A DNA stretch of 64,000 bases. It comes from Octopus bimaculoides. Taxonomy: Eukaryota. Numbering within the stretch: position 1 is the first letter of the stretch; each line of letters opens with the position of its first letter. The notes under the pieces were generated by a model that was given only the letters and a program-made list of their open reading frames with translations, was not told the DNA's origin and searched no databases. The stretch spans positions 7,249,200 to 7,313,199 of the forward strand of contig NC_069001.1 of the NCBI RefSeq assembly GCF_001194135.2. Reading direction: 5' to 3'. This document shows positions 10,741 to 23,031 of the stretch, one piece after another. The translations under genes and the position numbers were made by a program.

Positions 10741-10861
10741 TTCTTACACAAGAATGTTGGTGAGAGTGACTTTGAAGTTTTGGTCAGATGAGTCATCATC
10801 TCATGATTGCTTAGTCAGCTGAAACTTCAAAGTCACTATCAACAACATTTTTGTACAAGAA
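10741..10861. repeat. Inverted repeat with 40-bp arms and a 41-nt spacer
   Basis: ttcttacacaagaatgttggtgagagtgactttgaagttt (10741-10780) pairs with aaacttcaaagtcactatcaacaacatttttgtacaagaa (10822-10861) with few mismatches. Confidence 0.9.
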
Positions 10862-11293
10862 TGATGCACACACACACACACACACACATACACAGATGTA
10901 TACACAAACAGGCAGGGAAACAGATGTGACTCTGTGTGTGTGTGTGTGTGTGTGAATAGAGACAGTTTCTGTCAGTGTCCTGTTGAATAGAAACTAGTGA
11001 AACGAATAAGGATTGTCACAGTGGTTTTCCTGAATTATCTCACCATTTCCATTATAGGAAACATAAGGACATACTTAACACACCACACACACACACACAC
11101 ACATATGCATATAAATATAGATATATATGCTCATATAGCCTGTCACATATTCACATGATTAAACATGCACGTGTGTGTATATATATTTATATACATACAT
11201 ATATACATACATTCACTGTTTTTCATATACACAAACAACAAAATTTTATATGTATGCTACTGGTCTTATGCAAAAATTATTATTATTATTATG

Positions 11294-11328
<35 letters not shown>

Positions 11329-11570
11329 AAAACAGCAGGAATACAAATGTAAAATCCATAAATTGCCCAAAGTTTGTAATGCAGGCGAGACAGTTGTCTC
11401 CTCTTTGTTGACCTTTGACACCGCAGGAATCAGTGTCAGATGGACTGCACAGAAGACGAAGGTAGGAGGACGGGGAAGGAAAAATTTTGTTGTTTTGCTA
11501 ATTTTCAAGTATATGTAATAAGAAGCTGTGTACATCCTGTTAATCGTTTGTGTATATATATGTGTATGTA

Positions 11571-11615
<45 letters not shown>

Positions 11616-11954
11616 TATAAGTACTGATGATGTATTTGTGTTTGTGAACTAACTGCTGATGCAGTAAGTATGAGTGTGTGTGAAAGAACTGTGGTGGTGG
11701 CGGCGGTGTTGGTGGAAGTTGAGTGAGACAACTTGTAACTTCCCCAATTCTTACAAAACTTCAAAATATCCTGACTAAAATAGTTAGTAGAATACAGTTG
11801 CAAACATTATATATATATATATATATATATAATGAGAGAGAGAGAGAGAGAGAGAGAATGGGGAGAAGAACAGGGAAAGGATGGATGGAGGGATGGACAA
11901 ACAAAATACAAAACAAGAATAAATAGATAGACAGCAATAGATAGCTAAATAGAT

Positions 11955-12570
11955 AGGCGAAGGAGTAGCTGTGTGGTAAGTGGCTTGTTTACCAACCACA
12001 TGGTTCCGGGTTCAGTCCCACTGTGTGACACTTTGGGCAAGTGTCTTTTACTATAGCCTCAGGCCGACCAAAGACTTGCGAGTGGATTTGGTAGAAGGAA
12101 ACTGAAAGAACCCTGTCGTATCTACTACATATGTGGAAAATCGGTGCATGTTTGTTTGTGGCATTGTTAGCTAACTTCTCCTACATCGTTTTATTGATTT
12201 TGATGAAACTTGACACGTGAGTAGAACTCGTATCTGGAAACCACGTGACATACTTAGATTGTTGAAAAAATTGATAATATGCTCCTGGAAGGGATCTTTA
12301 TATCTACCTCATATAGCTAATTTTTTTAAACACCCAAGGGAAATAACCTATAGCACCTTCACAATATTTTCTTAAACATTCAAGGGAAATAGCCCATAGC
12401 ACCTGCATTTCATTTGAATTCTTACTATCAGGTAATTAATTTCATATTATTACATAACTGACTTCAGATTAAGTACTAGGCTTACAAGGAATAAGTCCCG
12501 GGTCGATTTGTTCGACTAAAGGCGGTGCTCCAGCATGGACACAGCCAAATGACTGAAAGAATAAAAGAAT
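11955..12570 (+). mobile_element. SINE family A split by an unrelated ~340-bp insertion
   Basis: 5' half at 11955-12120 and 3' end (taagtactaggcttac...gactgaaagaataaaag) at 12470-12570. Confidence 0.85.
12125..12465 (+). mobile_element. Unclassified insertion, possibly Helentron/HINE-like
   Basis: tgtttgtttgt...gctaacttctcctac...attgattttgatgaaacttgacac resembles DINE-1/HINE-type cores; internal direct repeat caagggaaata.c..atagcacct. Confidence 0.3.
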
Positions 12571-13759
12571 ATACACACACATTTTTACCATCCATTCACA
12601 TGAATATTTAATATACATCCTTTATTAAAGGGTAGGTCTGGCAACTTGATAGGAGTGAGGTATATGAATGTGTGACAATCATGCCTTTCCCAGTGTATTT
12701 ACTGAGTCATTGATCTAAGTCCTGTTCCCTTGAAGATTCACATTCTCTTAATATAGGCATGGCAAGTTAGGACAAGAGACAGTGTGAGTAATCGGTGAAT
12801 GACAAGGTAAGTTATTTCACATGACACATGTTCTCCCTCTTTGCGCCAATAACCACACACACATTTCAGCATGGACCACTCTGTTTTTAGGGTTAGACTT
12901 CACTGAGTGAAGTATCCTTTCCATATTTAATATAAGGTGTGATTTGAGGGAGATTTGGCTGTTATTTCATGTAGGTCAAATGACCGCTTGGTGGTCCTTC
13001 ATTTGTTTGTAATTGGTTGTAAAAATAGGTAGCACAGATGGTTAGGGATAAGTCGAGATAGAGAGAGAGAAAGAGTGGGAGATAAAGACAGCAAATGTGT
13101 GTGAGAGAGAGAGAGAAAGAGAGAGAGAAAGAGAGGGAGAAAGAGAGAGAGAGAGTAAATGACAAGAATTTATTATGAACACAGGAAATGTTATTTCTGC
13201 TGGTTGTGTCTGCGATGGTGGTGGTGGTGGTTGTGATGATGTTGCTAGTGGTGGCAGTGGTGTTGATAGTGGTGATNNNNNNNNNNNNNNNNNNNNNNNN
13301 NNNNNNNNNNNNNNNNNNNNNNNNNNNNNNNNNNNNNNNNNNNNNNNNNNNNNNNNNNNNNNNNNNNNNNNNNNNNNNNNNNNNNNNNNNNNNNNNNNNN
13401 NNNNNNNNNNNNNNNNNNNNNNNNNNNNNNNNNNNNNNNNNNNNNNNNNNNNNNNNNNNNNNNNNNNNNNNNNNNNNNNNNNNNNNNNNNNNNNNNNNNN
13501 NNNNNNNNNNNNNNNNNNNNNNNNNNNNNNNNNNNNNNNNNNNNNNNNNNNNNNNNNNNNNNNNNNNNNNNNNNNNNNNNNNNNNNNNNNNNNNNNNNNN
13601 NNNNNNNNNNNNNNNNNNNNNNNNNNNNNNNNNNNNNNNNNNNNNNNNNNNNNNNNNNNNNNNNNNNNNAGTTATACCAGATAGGAGAAACCGGGGTGGG
13701 AGAGGAGAAAAGACCTTTTTAATCCAGACAGGCCTGGCTCACCATCGGTTATGATAATG

Positions 13760-14010
13760 AGTGTTCCAGTTGTGAAATTAACGTCCTAGTGGCTGAGTAC
13801 TCCTCAGATATGTGTACCCTTAACGTAGTTGTTTTCATGGAGATTCAGCGCGACACAGACTGTGACAAGGCTGGCCCCTTTTGAATTACTGGTACAACTC
13901 ATTTTTGCCAGCCGAGTGGACTGGAGCAATGTGAAATAAAGTGTCTTGCTCAAGGGTACAATGTATTATCAGGAATCAAAGTCATGGCCTTATGATCGTG
14001 GGTGAGCCAA
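13760..14010 (-). mobile_element. SINE family D (tRNA head, CORE-like gtgtccttgagcaagacact)
   Basis: ttcagcgcgacacagactgtgacaaggctggc...gtgaaataaagtgtcttgctcaagg, shared with the 16548 copy. Confidence 0.85.
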
Positions 14011-14137
14011 ATACCTTTTATGGCAAGGAGATTGAGGTGCAAAATAGAGAAGGCCTGTTTAATGCAAGCATATGATCTTGGGTCCAGTGAAGCAGACCTG
14101 ATTTGGATTTAGGGTTCAAGGTTAGGATTAGGGTTAG

Positions 14138-14278
14138 GCTGAGTGAACTGTAGCAATGTGATATAAAGTGTCTCGCTCAAGAACACAATACATAACCTGT
14201 TCCAGGAATTGAACTCACTACCACATGACTGTAGAGCCAATGCTCCATCCACTGAGCCATCCGCCTTCACATGTAATA
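14138..14278 (-). mobile_element. SINE family D, 5' part
   Basis: gctgagtgaactgtagcaatgtgatataaagtgtctcgctcaagaacac...gaactc...ccactgagccatccgccttcaca. Confidence 0.8.
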
Positions 14279-14604
14279 CACGTGACATATTTCCCTGGTT
14301 TTCATGCATCATGTATAATACACTTTCTCAATTTCTTTCAACCTCCAGAGCAGCTTGGGACTTACGAAACGAAACCTTTATATTACTCAGAATGTATGAA
14401 ACCAAAGCTAATTAAAAGTCTGAAAGCAAGCATGGACATTCAGGACAAATTTTGCCTGTCCTGTGTATCACAGGACATAGTTCCCTGGCGTCTATGCATA
14501 ATATATATATATATATGATACACATTCATAATTGTTTTTCAAACACCAAAGCAACTTTGGACTTAGGAAAGGAAAGCGTTATATTACTCAGAACATATGA
14601 AACC

Positions 14605-14607
<3 letters not shown>

Positions 14608-14637
<30 letters not shown>

Positions 14638-14925
14638 TATCATCATCATCATTATCATCATCATCATCGTTTAACGTCCACTTTCCATGCTAGCATGAGT
14701 TGGACGATTTGACTGAGGACTGGTGAAAACCAGATGGCTACACCAGGCTCCAATCTGATTTGGCAGAGTTTCTACAGCTGGATGCCCTTCCTAACGCCAA
14801 CCACTCCGAGAGTGTAGTGGGTGCTTTTACGTGCCACCGGCATGAGGGCCAGTCACAAAGTACTGGCAACGGCCACGCTCAAAAGGTGTTTTTTACATGC
14901 CACCTGCACAGGAGCCAGTCCAGCG
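14608..14925 (-). mobile_element. SINE family B
   Basis: (cat)n-cgtttaacgtccactttccatgctagc...ggatgcccttcctaacgccaaccactcc...gtgccacc. Confidence 0.9.
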
Positions 14926-15370
14926 GTCAGAAAACAAGAATGGCTGTTTAGAAGAAACTTGTAAAAATGTTTCGGACAAGCAAATGGTTAGATGAAACCA
15001 GTAACAGTAACAGAGAAGCAGTAGTCGTAGTAGTGCTAGAGAACCACTGCAGACGCCGCTGTCGCCACCCTTACTAGAGGCTTAAAAGTGGTACAGTTTC
15101 CAAAATGCTGACTTATTGTTTCATTACAAAAACAAAACATAAATACTCCATTCGATAAAATAAACATATATATATAATATATAATAATGTTTAATTATAA
15201 GATAAATATGAATACAAATTAGTGGCAGTTTTTGTTTGCTTTCCTAAACTGACAGCGTGTTTAACATAAAAAGTATGTGTGTGAGTGTGTGTATGTATAT
15301 ATGTATATGTATATATATATATATGAATCCCCTTTTGTTAAGAGTGTGTATGAAAAATATGAAAACTTAC

Positions 15371-15391
15371 TCATACTTATTGTTTTGTATG
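15371..15391 (-). CDS. Weak candidate 21-nt microexon
   Basis: caatattttctcag|CATACAAAACAATAAGTATGA|gtaagt, downstream of a (TG)n tract; open in two frames. Confidence 0.2.
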
Positions 15392-15408
15392 CTGAGAAAA
15401 TATTGACA

Positions 15409-15450
<42 letters not shown>

Positions 15451-15779
15451 AAGGTCTGTCTGTCTGCCTGTCTGCACGTGCCTGTTTAAAAGTATGTTTA
15501 TATACGAATGTGTATGTGTGTGTGGGGGTTTGTTTAATGTCTATGTGTTTGTTTATATAAGTGTTTATATGTTTGTCTAATACGTGCGCGTGTCTACTGC
15601 CGTGTGTCCATGTGTGCCTGTCTAAGTGTATGTTTATATATGTGTGTGTGTATGTGTTTATAGATATATTTATATGTTTGTCTACACATGTACGTGTGTG
15701 CCTTTGTATGCTTTACCTCTGTTTGCGTGTGTACATGTGAATGCATGTGTAACTGTCTATCTATTCATCTATCTATCTA

Positions 15780-15824
<45 letters not shown>

Positions 15825-15912
15825 ACACACACATATATATCTGCCTATCCATCCATCTGTCTATTTTCCTAACCATTCATTCAACCATCTATCTATCTCT
15901 CCATCAATCTAC

Positions 15913-15946
<34 letters not shown>

Positions 15947-16547
15947 GTCTGTCTATCCACCTATCTATCTACCTATCCATCTATCCATCTATCCATCCAT
16001 GTGTGTGAGAGAGAGAGTTTATATGTATATGTCCGTGTTAATAAAGCAGAAAATATATTGCAAAAACAAAAACAAAAACAACCATCCCTGCTATTGTTTT
16101 TGTTGTGAATCTGTTCTGATGATTGCTTAGGTTTCACACGCAGACACATGCACAAATACATACACACACACACAAATATATGCACACACAGATAACTACA
16201 TGCTCTTACGCACACAAGCACAACATTCATACAAACTCATGCACATACAGACACACACACACACACACACACACATGCGGAGACAAAAGTGTTCTGTGGT
16301 GTGTAACATGGTTTTCATCATGATAATCAAGCGTCACAAGGAAAGAATTACTGGTGCTTAGAGGTTCATTGTGAATTGGGTATCCTGTATAAAGGTCTAT
16401 ATAAGGGTGTGTAGTGACGTGTGGAAGGGCCTAGACTAATTAGGGAGTTAGGAAGTCAGAGAAGTGGGAGTTTTTTTTATGTAGTTTATCAACCTATAGA
16501 CAAATCTCTTTCACAATTTCTTTACTGCCTGTGAAATCACTCCCAGC

Positions 16548-16872
16548 GGCACTCTGCCAGTTATGATGACGAGGGTTCCAGTTGATCCGATCAACGAAAC
16601 AACCTACTCATGAAATTAATGTGCAAGTGGCTGAGCACCCCACAGACACGTGTACTCTTAATGTAGTTCTCAGGGAGATTCAGCGTGACACAGAATGTGA
16701 CAAGGCTGGTCCTTTTGAAATACAGGTACAATTTATTTTTGCCAGCTGAGTGAAACTGGAGCAGGTGAAATAAAGTGTCTTGCTCAAGGACACAAGTCAC
16801 CTTATGGAATCGAACTCGTGACCTAATGATCGTGAGCTAAATACACCTAACCAATAAGCTATGTGCCTTCAC
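16548..16872 (-). mobile_element. SINE family D, near full length
   Basis: The head reads tgaaggcacatagcttattggttagg...gagttcgattcc on the minus strand; the tail is gatcggatcaactggaaccctcgtc. Confidence 0.88.
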
Positions 16873-17049
16873 TGCCCCTGAAATAGGGAGCACAGGATCA
16901 ATAGGTGAATTTCTATGCAGACACTTGGTCTGAACATAGCAGCTAAATCTCCCTCAACAAACATCCTATTGTTTTTATTGATGGAAAACTCACAAATCTT
17001 TGAAAATTGTGGTCTGTTCAGTGTGTAGTGACAATATTCAACAGTCACA

Positions 17050-17640
17050 TGGTGTCGGGATTTGCTAGAATATTACACATGTGATCAACAAAATCTGACC
17101 AATCACAACTTCGCATGGCATAAGCTCCAGCAACAATCTCATCTTCTGGTGTGCTTCCTTCTGAACCTGTCAACCAGTATAAATTTGATACACTGTGACT
17201 ACTACTAAACAGAGAGCTTTGGGATGCAAGAAAGAACATTGACAGACACTGTAGGAGTTGGCCAAGAGAGATGGCAGACAGCGGCCGACAACACAAAACC
17301 AACGAACAGTTGGAGGATGAATAACTTTTGAAGTCGGTAGCTGACAAGCAACTAAAAACACTTTATCTGCTACTGCCACTGCTTCAAGAATAAAAACTCT
17401 CTTATGCTTGTCATTCGTAGTAATGACAATATTTTGTTTTCTGGTGAATAAAATTTTGTGAATAAATTTTGTTTCTCAAAAACCTCAACAAACTCCAGAA
17501 TTCTTCTTCGTATAAATATATCTTTCCATCTGTAGTTGTTCAACCAAAATGATGTTCCTTTATAAAAGCCCCACCAGGTTTACTATGGAGTCTGATATCC
17601 TAAATAACCTAGTGACTGAAAAGAATCAATATCTGTCTCT
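17050..17640 (+). mobile_element. Heavily decayed L2/CR1-type reverse-transcriptase relic
   Basis: The frameshifted + strand gives motifs in the expected order: SGFARILH..ST (QSGFR..HST), LVCFLLNLS/FDT..LLNR (LLDLSAAFDTVDH.ILL.RL), TLYLLLPL (SLYMLPL), NDNILFS (DDTQLY.S). Many stops. Confidence 0.45.
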
Positions 17641-18459
17641 TCAGGTTGAATACTGATTGTTCCTTTGATCCATGGCCTGTGACTTTGGTGACTCAACGAG
17701 AAGATGGTCAAAGAAGATCAAAGAAACACAAAGAACAAAGATAAAAATTGTAAATTATAGATGAAGCAAAATGAAAGGGGAAGTAATTTATACATTATAT
17801 ATATTTAAATATATTTATATATAGATAGATAAAGGTATAAGATCAAAGGTCCTTCTCAAGCTGTAGGCTCATAGGCCAGGTTTTCCAGATGCTGTGATGT
17901 ATATATATATATATATCAGTTTAAGCAAGAGATCTGTGGCTAAGCTGGAGCACTGCTACTGAAAATATGTGGCCCAAGTAATGACTGAACCCAAGACATT
18001 CAGATTTCCCAGCTTTTATAAATTGATTATAAGACTGACACCCTGCCTTCTGTGTTACTGATATTGTTATTCGATATCAGTGACTCAAGGCCCCACAGTT
18101 CCAAGCATTACACACACACACACACACAAACTCATGCAATTAAAAACCACTTTTAAAAGAAAACATGCAATTTGAAACAAAATCTCAATTGAGGAAATGT
18201 GTATTAAACAAAAATAACTGGGTGGTGCTAGAATTATATTTTAGTCCACACCGTAAATATGCTTAGTTGCAGTTCCTGTGGCAGCATGTTTCTAACATAA
18301 TAGAAATATAATTATTATCTCCTCTATAATGAGACAACTATCGCTGTCCCTCAGTTATACTCTCACCTCTTGCCTGGCTCACAACCACTTCCCTTGATTT
18401 TACTCCCTCTCTTAGCTGAGAGGCCTTTGTCTTGCAAACTACTTTAGTGACCCTGTTGG

Positions 18460-18645
18460 TGGTGATGTCATGTACAGAGCACCTAATGCATTCTATATAG
18501 TGAATGGCCCTAGGAAGAGCACCCAGCAGTAGAAAACTTGCCAAAACAGACAAATGAAGCCTGATGTAATTCTCCAGCTTACCAGTTCCTGTTGAACTTT
18601 CCAACCCATTCCAGCATGGAAAAATGGATGTTAAATGATGATAAT
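18460..18645 (+). mobile_element. SINE family B, old diverged copy
   Basis: taggaagagcacccagcagtagaaaacttgcc...ccaacccattccagcatggaaaaatggatgttaaatgatgat. Confidence 0.75.
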
Positions 18646-18671
18646 TTGGATCAATAATCATTATTCTTTTC

Positions 18672-18858
18672 TACTCTAGGAACAAGGCCTGAAATTTTTG
18701 GGGAGGGGGCCAGTCGATTAGATCAACTCCAGTGTGCAACTGGTACTTATTTTATCGCCCCCTGAAAGGATGAAAGGCAAAGTCGACTTCGGCAGAATTT
18801 GAACTCAGAACGTAAAGCATTTCGCCCAGCATTCTAACAATTCTGCCAGCTCGCCACC

Positions 18859-18860
<2 letters not shown>
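18672..18860 (-). mobile_element. SINE family C with the C2 tail
   Basis: acaaggcctgaaatttttggggaggggg...ggatgaaaggcaaagtcgacttcggcagaatttgaactcag...ctgccagctcgccacc. Confidence 0.88.
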
Positions 18861-18893
<33 letters not shown>

Positions 18894-20030
18894 AATATCA
18901 AGGTGGTGATGTGTGTGTGGGGGGGGGTAGGTATGCACATTAATTTTCATTGAAAAAGGTTAAGAGTTCTCTCGGACTATTTGATTTGTATTCAACTGTT
19001 CAATATTTAAGTTAGTATTACTATCAAAGTTCCACTCTGGGGAATAATAAAACTAGGATTTAAACACCTACCCAACCCTTCCATTTACACTATTTNNNNN
19101 NNNNNNNNNNNNNNNNNNNNNNNNNNNNNNNNNNNNNNNNNNNNNNNNNNNNNNNNNNNNNNNNNNNNNNNNNNNNNNNNNNNNNNNNNNNNNNNNNNNN
19201 NNNNNNNNNNNNNNNNNNNNNNNNNNNNNNNNNNNNNNNNNNNNNNNNNNNNNNNNNNNNNNNNNNNNNNNNNNNNNNNNNNNNNNNNNNNNNNNNNNNN
19301 NNNNNNNNNNNATATCTCACTTTCTCAACGAAACTAATTTTTGTCAAATGTGTATGTTTTGGAAAAACAAGTGAGACAGTAAATTATATAGTTTTACAAG
19401 TATTGTCTCAAGAGAGAGAGAGACAGAAAGAAAGAATGAGGGGGACAGAGAGAGAGAGAGAGAGAGAGAGAGTGAGAGATACAACAGACAATGAATGAAA
19501 TAAGAACCAGAGTGTATTAAAAAAATCACAATATAAAAAAAAATCCCTGAAGAATTTTAAAGTTTTTATATTGAAATTTCAAATGAATGAATAAAAATAA
19601 AACACAAATACTAATAAATGAAGAAAAGTACACAATAAATAATGTATTTTGACAAGATAATTAAGATTGGACAATTTAATGAATGTTTAAAGTGTTGTTG
19701 TAATATTGAACTTGTTCCCAACACTGCACTGTTACAACGTTAACAACAACAAAGTTAAGATTAATCTGACAACAACAATAACAGTAAATATGAAAACAAT
19801 AATAAATTTTACACATACATAATGCATACAAACACACAGGTATTAACACACACTTTTTTTTTTACATATACGCAGGCACATACACACACGCATGCATGCA
19901 TGCACACACACACGCAAAGGTTTTAAAGGTTATTGTATGGCAAATAAAATAGAAATGTCCGCATAATGTGTGATGTATGTATGTATATATATGTATGTAT
20001 GTATCTAATGTATATATGTATATACACATA

Positions 20031-20107
<77 letters not shown>

Positions 20108-20200
20108 ATGTATGTATGTGTCTAATGTATATATGTATATACACATACACACATGTATAAATATATATATTTATGTGTGTGTGTGTGTGTGCATACGTAC

Positions 20201-20269
<69 letters not shown>

Positions 20270-20642
20270 TGCATATATATCAAATAATAAACAAATTTTG
20301 TGTAGGGAATGACAAAAGAACATACAGAAAAAAGACAGGAAAAAGAAACATACATACATACACACAACAGACAATGAACAGAGAGAGAGAAAGAGAGAGT
20401 ATATAAAAGAACACTAACATGAAATACAAGAATATATATAAAACAGAAACATAGAATGAAAGAATCTATAAAAGAACAGAGATACAGAACAGAAGAATAC
20501 ATAAAAGTTCCAGAAGAGAAACCAGAAACAGTGGTTAGCAGCTGCCAATATTCTTTAACATTATCCTCTGAGAGGAGAGGAATCTATGAATAGGCAGGAA
20601 TGGTTAGAGTATTGAATGTTTGGTGTCTTGTACTACTTTGAG

Positions 20643-20760
20643 CAGCGGTCCCTAGACCTTTTTGCACCAAGGGCCAGTTCCATGAAAAACGGGTTTTTTC
20701 CTATGAACTGAGGGTATCACTCGAATAACACAACAAAGTGCATAATATGGAATTTAATAA
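20643..20760 (+). mobile_element. hAT/Charlie-like MITE left end
   Basis: cagcggtccctagacctttttgcaccaagggccagtt resembles the Charlie/MER-type terminus cagcggtccccaacctttttggcaccagggaccggtt; the other end was not found. Confidence 0.5.
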
Positions 20761-21309
20761 TTACTGCTTTAATACATAGCTATTATATTAATCTTTTATA
20801 TGTTTCAGTTAACAGACTGTGGCCATGCTTGGGCACCACCTTGAAGAGTATTGCTCTGATGATGCCTTATAATGCTTGGAGTACTGGACTGCTTGATGTC
20901 TTAGGATACTCGTGGGTAGGTATGACATGGTGTGCAGGCATGACTGTGTGGTTAAGAAGCTTGCTTTGCAAATCACATGGTTTCGGTTTCAATCCCACTG
21001 CGTAGCACTTGGGGCAAGCGTTGGATCAACTGGAAGACTTCTTCTTGTAACCGATGGAGTGCCAGTGTGTGTGTGTGGGGGGCGGGGAATATGTATGGAG
21101 TGTATGAAGATGAAAATGTAACCCTTTTTCTTGAAAATAATAATACTTGGAAACTTAGTTGTCTTTAATATGAAAGGAAATGAAAGAGGGAGAGAGAGAG
21201 AGACAGAGACAGAGAGAGTGTGTGCTGGTGTGTGAATGTGTGTGTTGGAGTGTGTGTATGTGTGTGTGTGTGTGTGTGAGATAGTGTGTTGGTGTGTGCT
21301 GTTTGTGTT

Positions 21310-21347
<38 letters not shown>

Positions 21348-21500
21348 AGAGATAGTGTGTNNNNNNNNNNNNNNNNNNNNNNNNNNNNNNNNNNNNNNNN
21401 NNNNNNNNNNNNNNNNNNNNNNNNNNNNNNNNNNNNNNNNNNNNNNNNNNNNNNNNNNNNNNNNNNNNNNNNNNNNNNNNNNNNNNNNNNNNNNNNNTTG

Positions 21501-21533
<33 letters not shown>

Positions 21534-21739
21534 TTGTGCCAGTGTGTGTGAGCGTGTGTTGTGTGCCTTAGCTGTGGAAACTATCACGAAGCACAAGATA
21601 ATAGTGTTTCCTAGAACTGAAGACCTCCATCCAAGACCACCACCACCACCACTATCTAACCTACAAGAACAACAACAACAACAACATACAGACAGGATGT
21701 TTTTAACAACATTTCATTTCCATAGCAGAACCACACACC

Positions 21740-21783
<44 letters not shown>

Positions 21784-21977
21784 TATAAGTAATGCCCTAA
21801 TATGTTATACAAGTGAATGTGTCCTTAAAGAGAGGAAATGGGTTCTAATCCTGGAATGACTAATAATTGTCAGGTTACACACCACTGACTTCATTGGCCT
21901 TATTCAGCTGTTCTTACCTACTACGCCCCAACACACTTGTTCCTGAGTGCGCATGTGTGTATGTGTGTATATATGTG

Positions 21978-22010
<33 letters not shown>

Positions 22011-22259
22011 GTATAGAGTGTTTGAAGTGATGAACAAATATTGTATATATGTAGATATACACATAGATTGTGTGTGTGTGTGTGTGCAAGTATCTTTTTA
22101 TCTTTTACTTGTTTCAGTCATTAGACAGTGGCCATACTGGAGCACAGCTTCAGAGAGCATTTGGCCAGGAAAAAAAAAATACAACCTCATGAAAGTGCTA
22201 GTTTTATCACAATAAATATATAATATTCTATTATTATAATGTAAAATTGTAAAAATTCA

Positions 22260-22470
22260 TCATCATCGTCATTGTTTAACATCCGCTTTCCATGCTAGCA
22301 TGGGTTGGACGATTTGGCTGAGGACTGGTGAACCGGATGGCTACACCAGGCTCCAATCTGATTTGGCAGTGCCACCTGCACAGGAGCTAGTCCAGGGGCA
22401 CTGGTAACGATCTCGCTTGAATGTCCTTACACATGCCACGGGCACAAGTGCCAGAAAGGCGACGCTGGGC
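22260..22470 (-). mobile_element. SINE family B
   Basis: catcatcgtcattgtttaacatccgctttccatgctagc...ggctccaatctgatttggcag. Confidence 0.85.
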
Positions 22471-22529
22471 ACATGCGCCATCCCGGAAAATCAGATGAAG
22501 TTGGAATTTCATTGATTAATATATTCTCT

Positions 22530-22685
22530 CTGAGTGGTTGGCGTTAGGAAGGGCATCCAGCTGTAGAAACTCTGCCAAATTTAGATTGGAGCCTGGTGTT
22601 GCCATCCGGTTTCACCAGTCCTCAGTCAAATTGTCCAACCCATGGAAAGCGGATGTTAAACGATGATGATGATGATGATGATGAT
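22530..22685 (+). mobile_element. SINE family B, inverted relative to 22260
   Basis: gagtggttggcgttaggaagggcatccagctgtagaaactctgcc...gcggatgttaaac(gat)n. Confidence 0.9.
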
Positions 22686-22707
22686 CTCTACACAATCNNN
22701 NNNNNNN

Positions 22708-22945
22708 TGTTTCAGTCATTTGACTGCAGCCATGCTGGAGCAGTGCCTTTTGTCAAACAAATTGACCCCATGACTTAAACTTTGTAAGCCTAGTACTTAT
22801 TCTATCGCCCTCTTTTGCTGAACTGCTAAGTTACAGGGATGTAAACACACCAACATCGGTTGTCAAGTGATGGTGGAGGGACAAACGCAGACACACAAAC
22901 ACACATATATATATGATGGGCTTCTTTCAGTTTCCACCTACCAAG
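22708..22945 (-). mobile_element. SINE family A, 3' half
   Basis: tgtttcagtcatttgactgcagccatgctggagc...gggcttctttcagtttcc. Confidence 0.88.
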
Positions 22946-23000
22946 TCTGCTTGTCTGTATCTCGCTTTCTGTCTATGTCTTTCTCTCTCTCTTTTTCTTT

Positions 23001-23031
<31 letters not shown>

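Noticed and set aside
12757-12806. Plus-strand exon with a perfect AAG|GTAAGT donor
   Set aside because: Stops in all three frames and a weak acceptor; it could only be UTR and has no support.
14108-14140. Telomeric TTAGGG repeats
   Set aside because: Only one or two exact units in a degenerate run.
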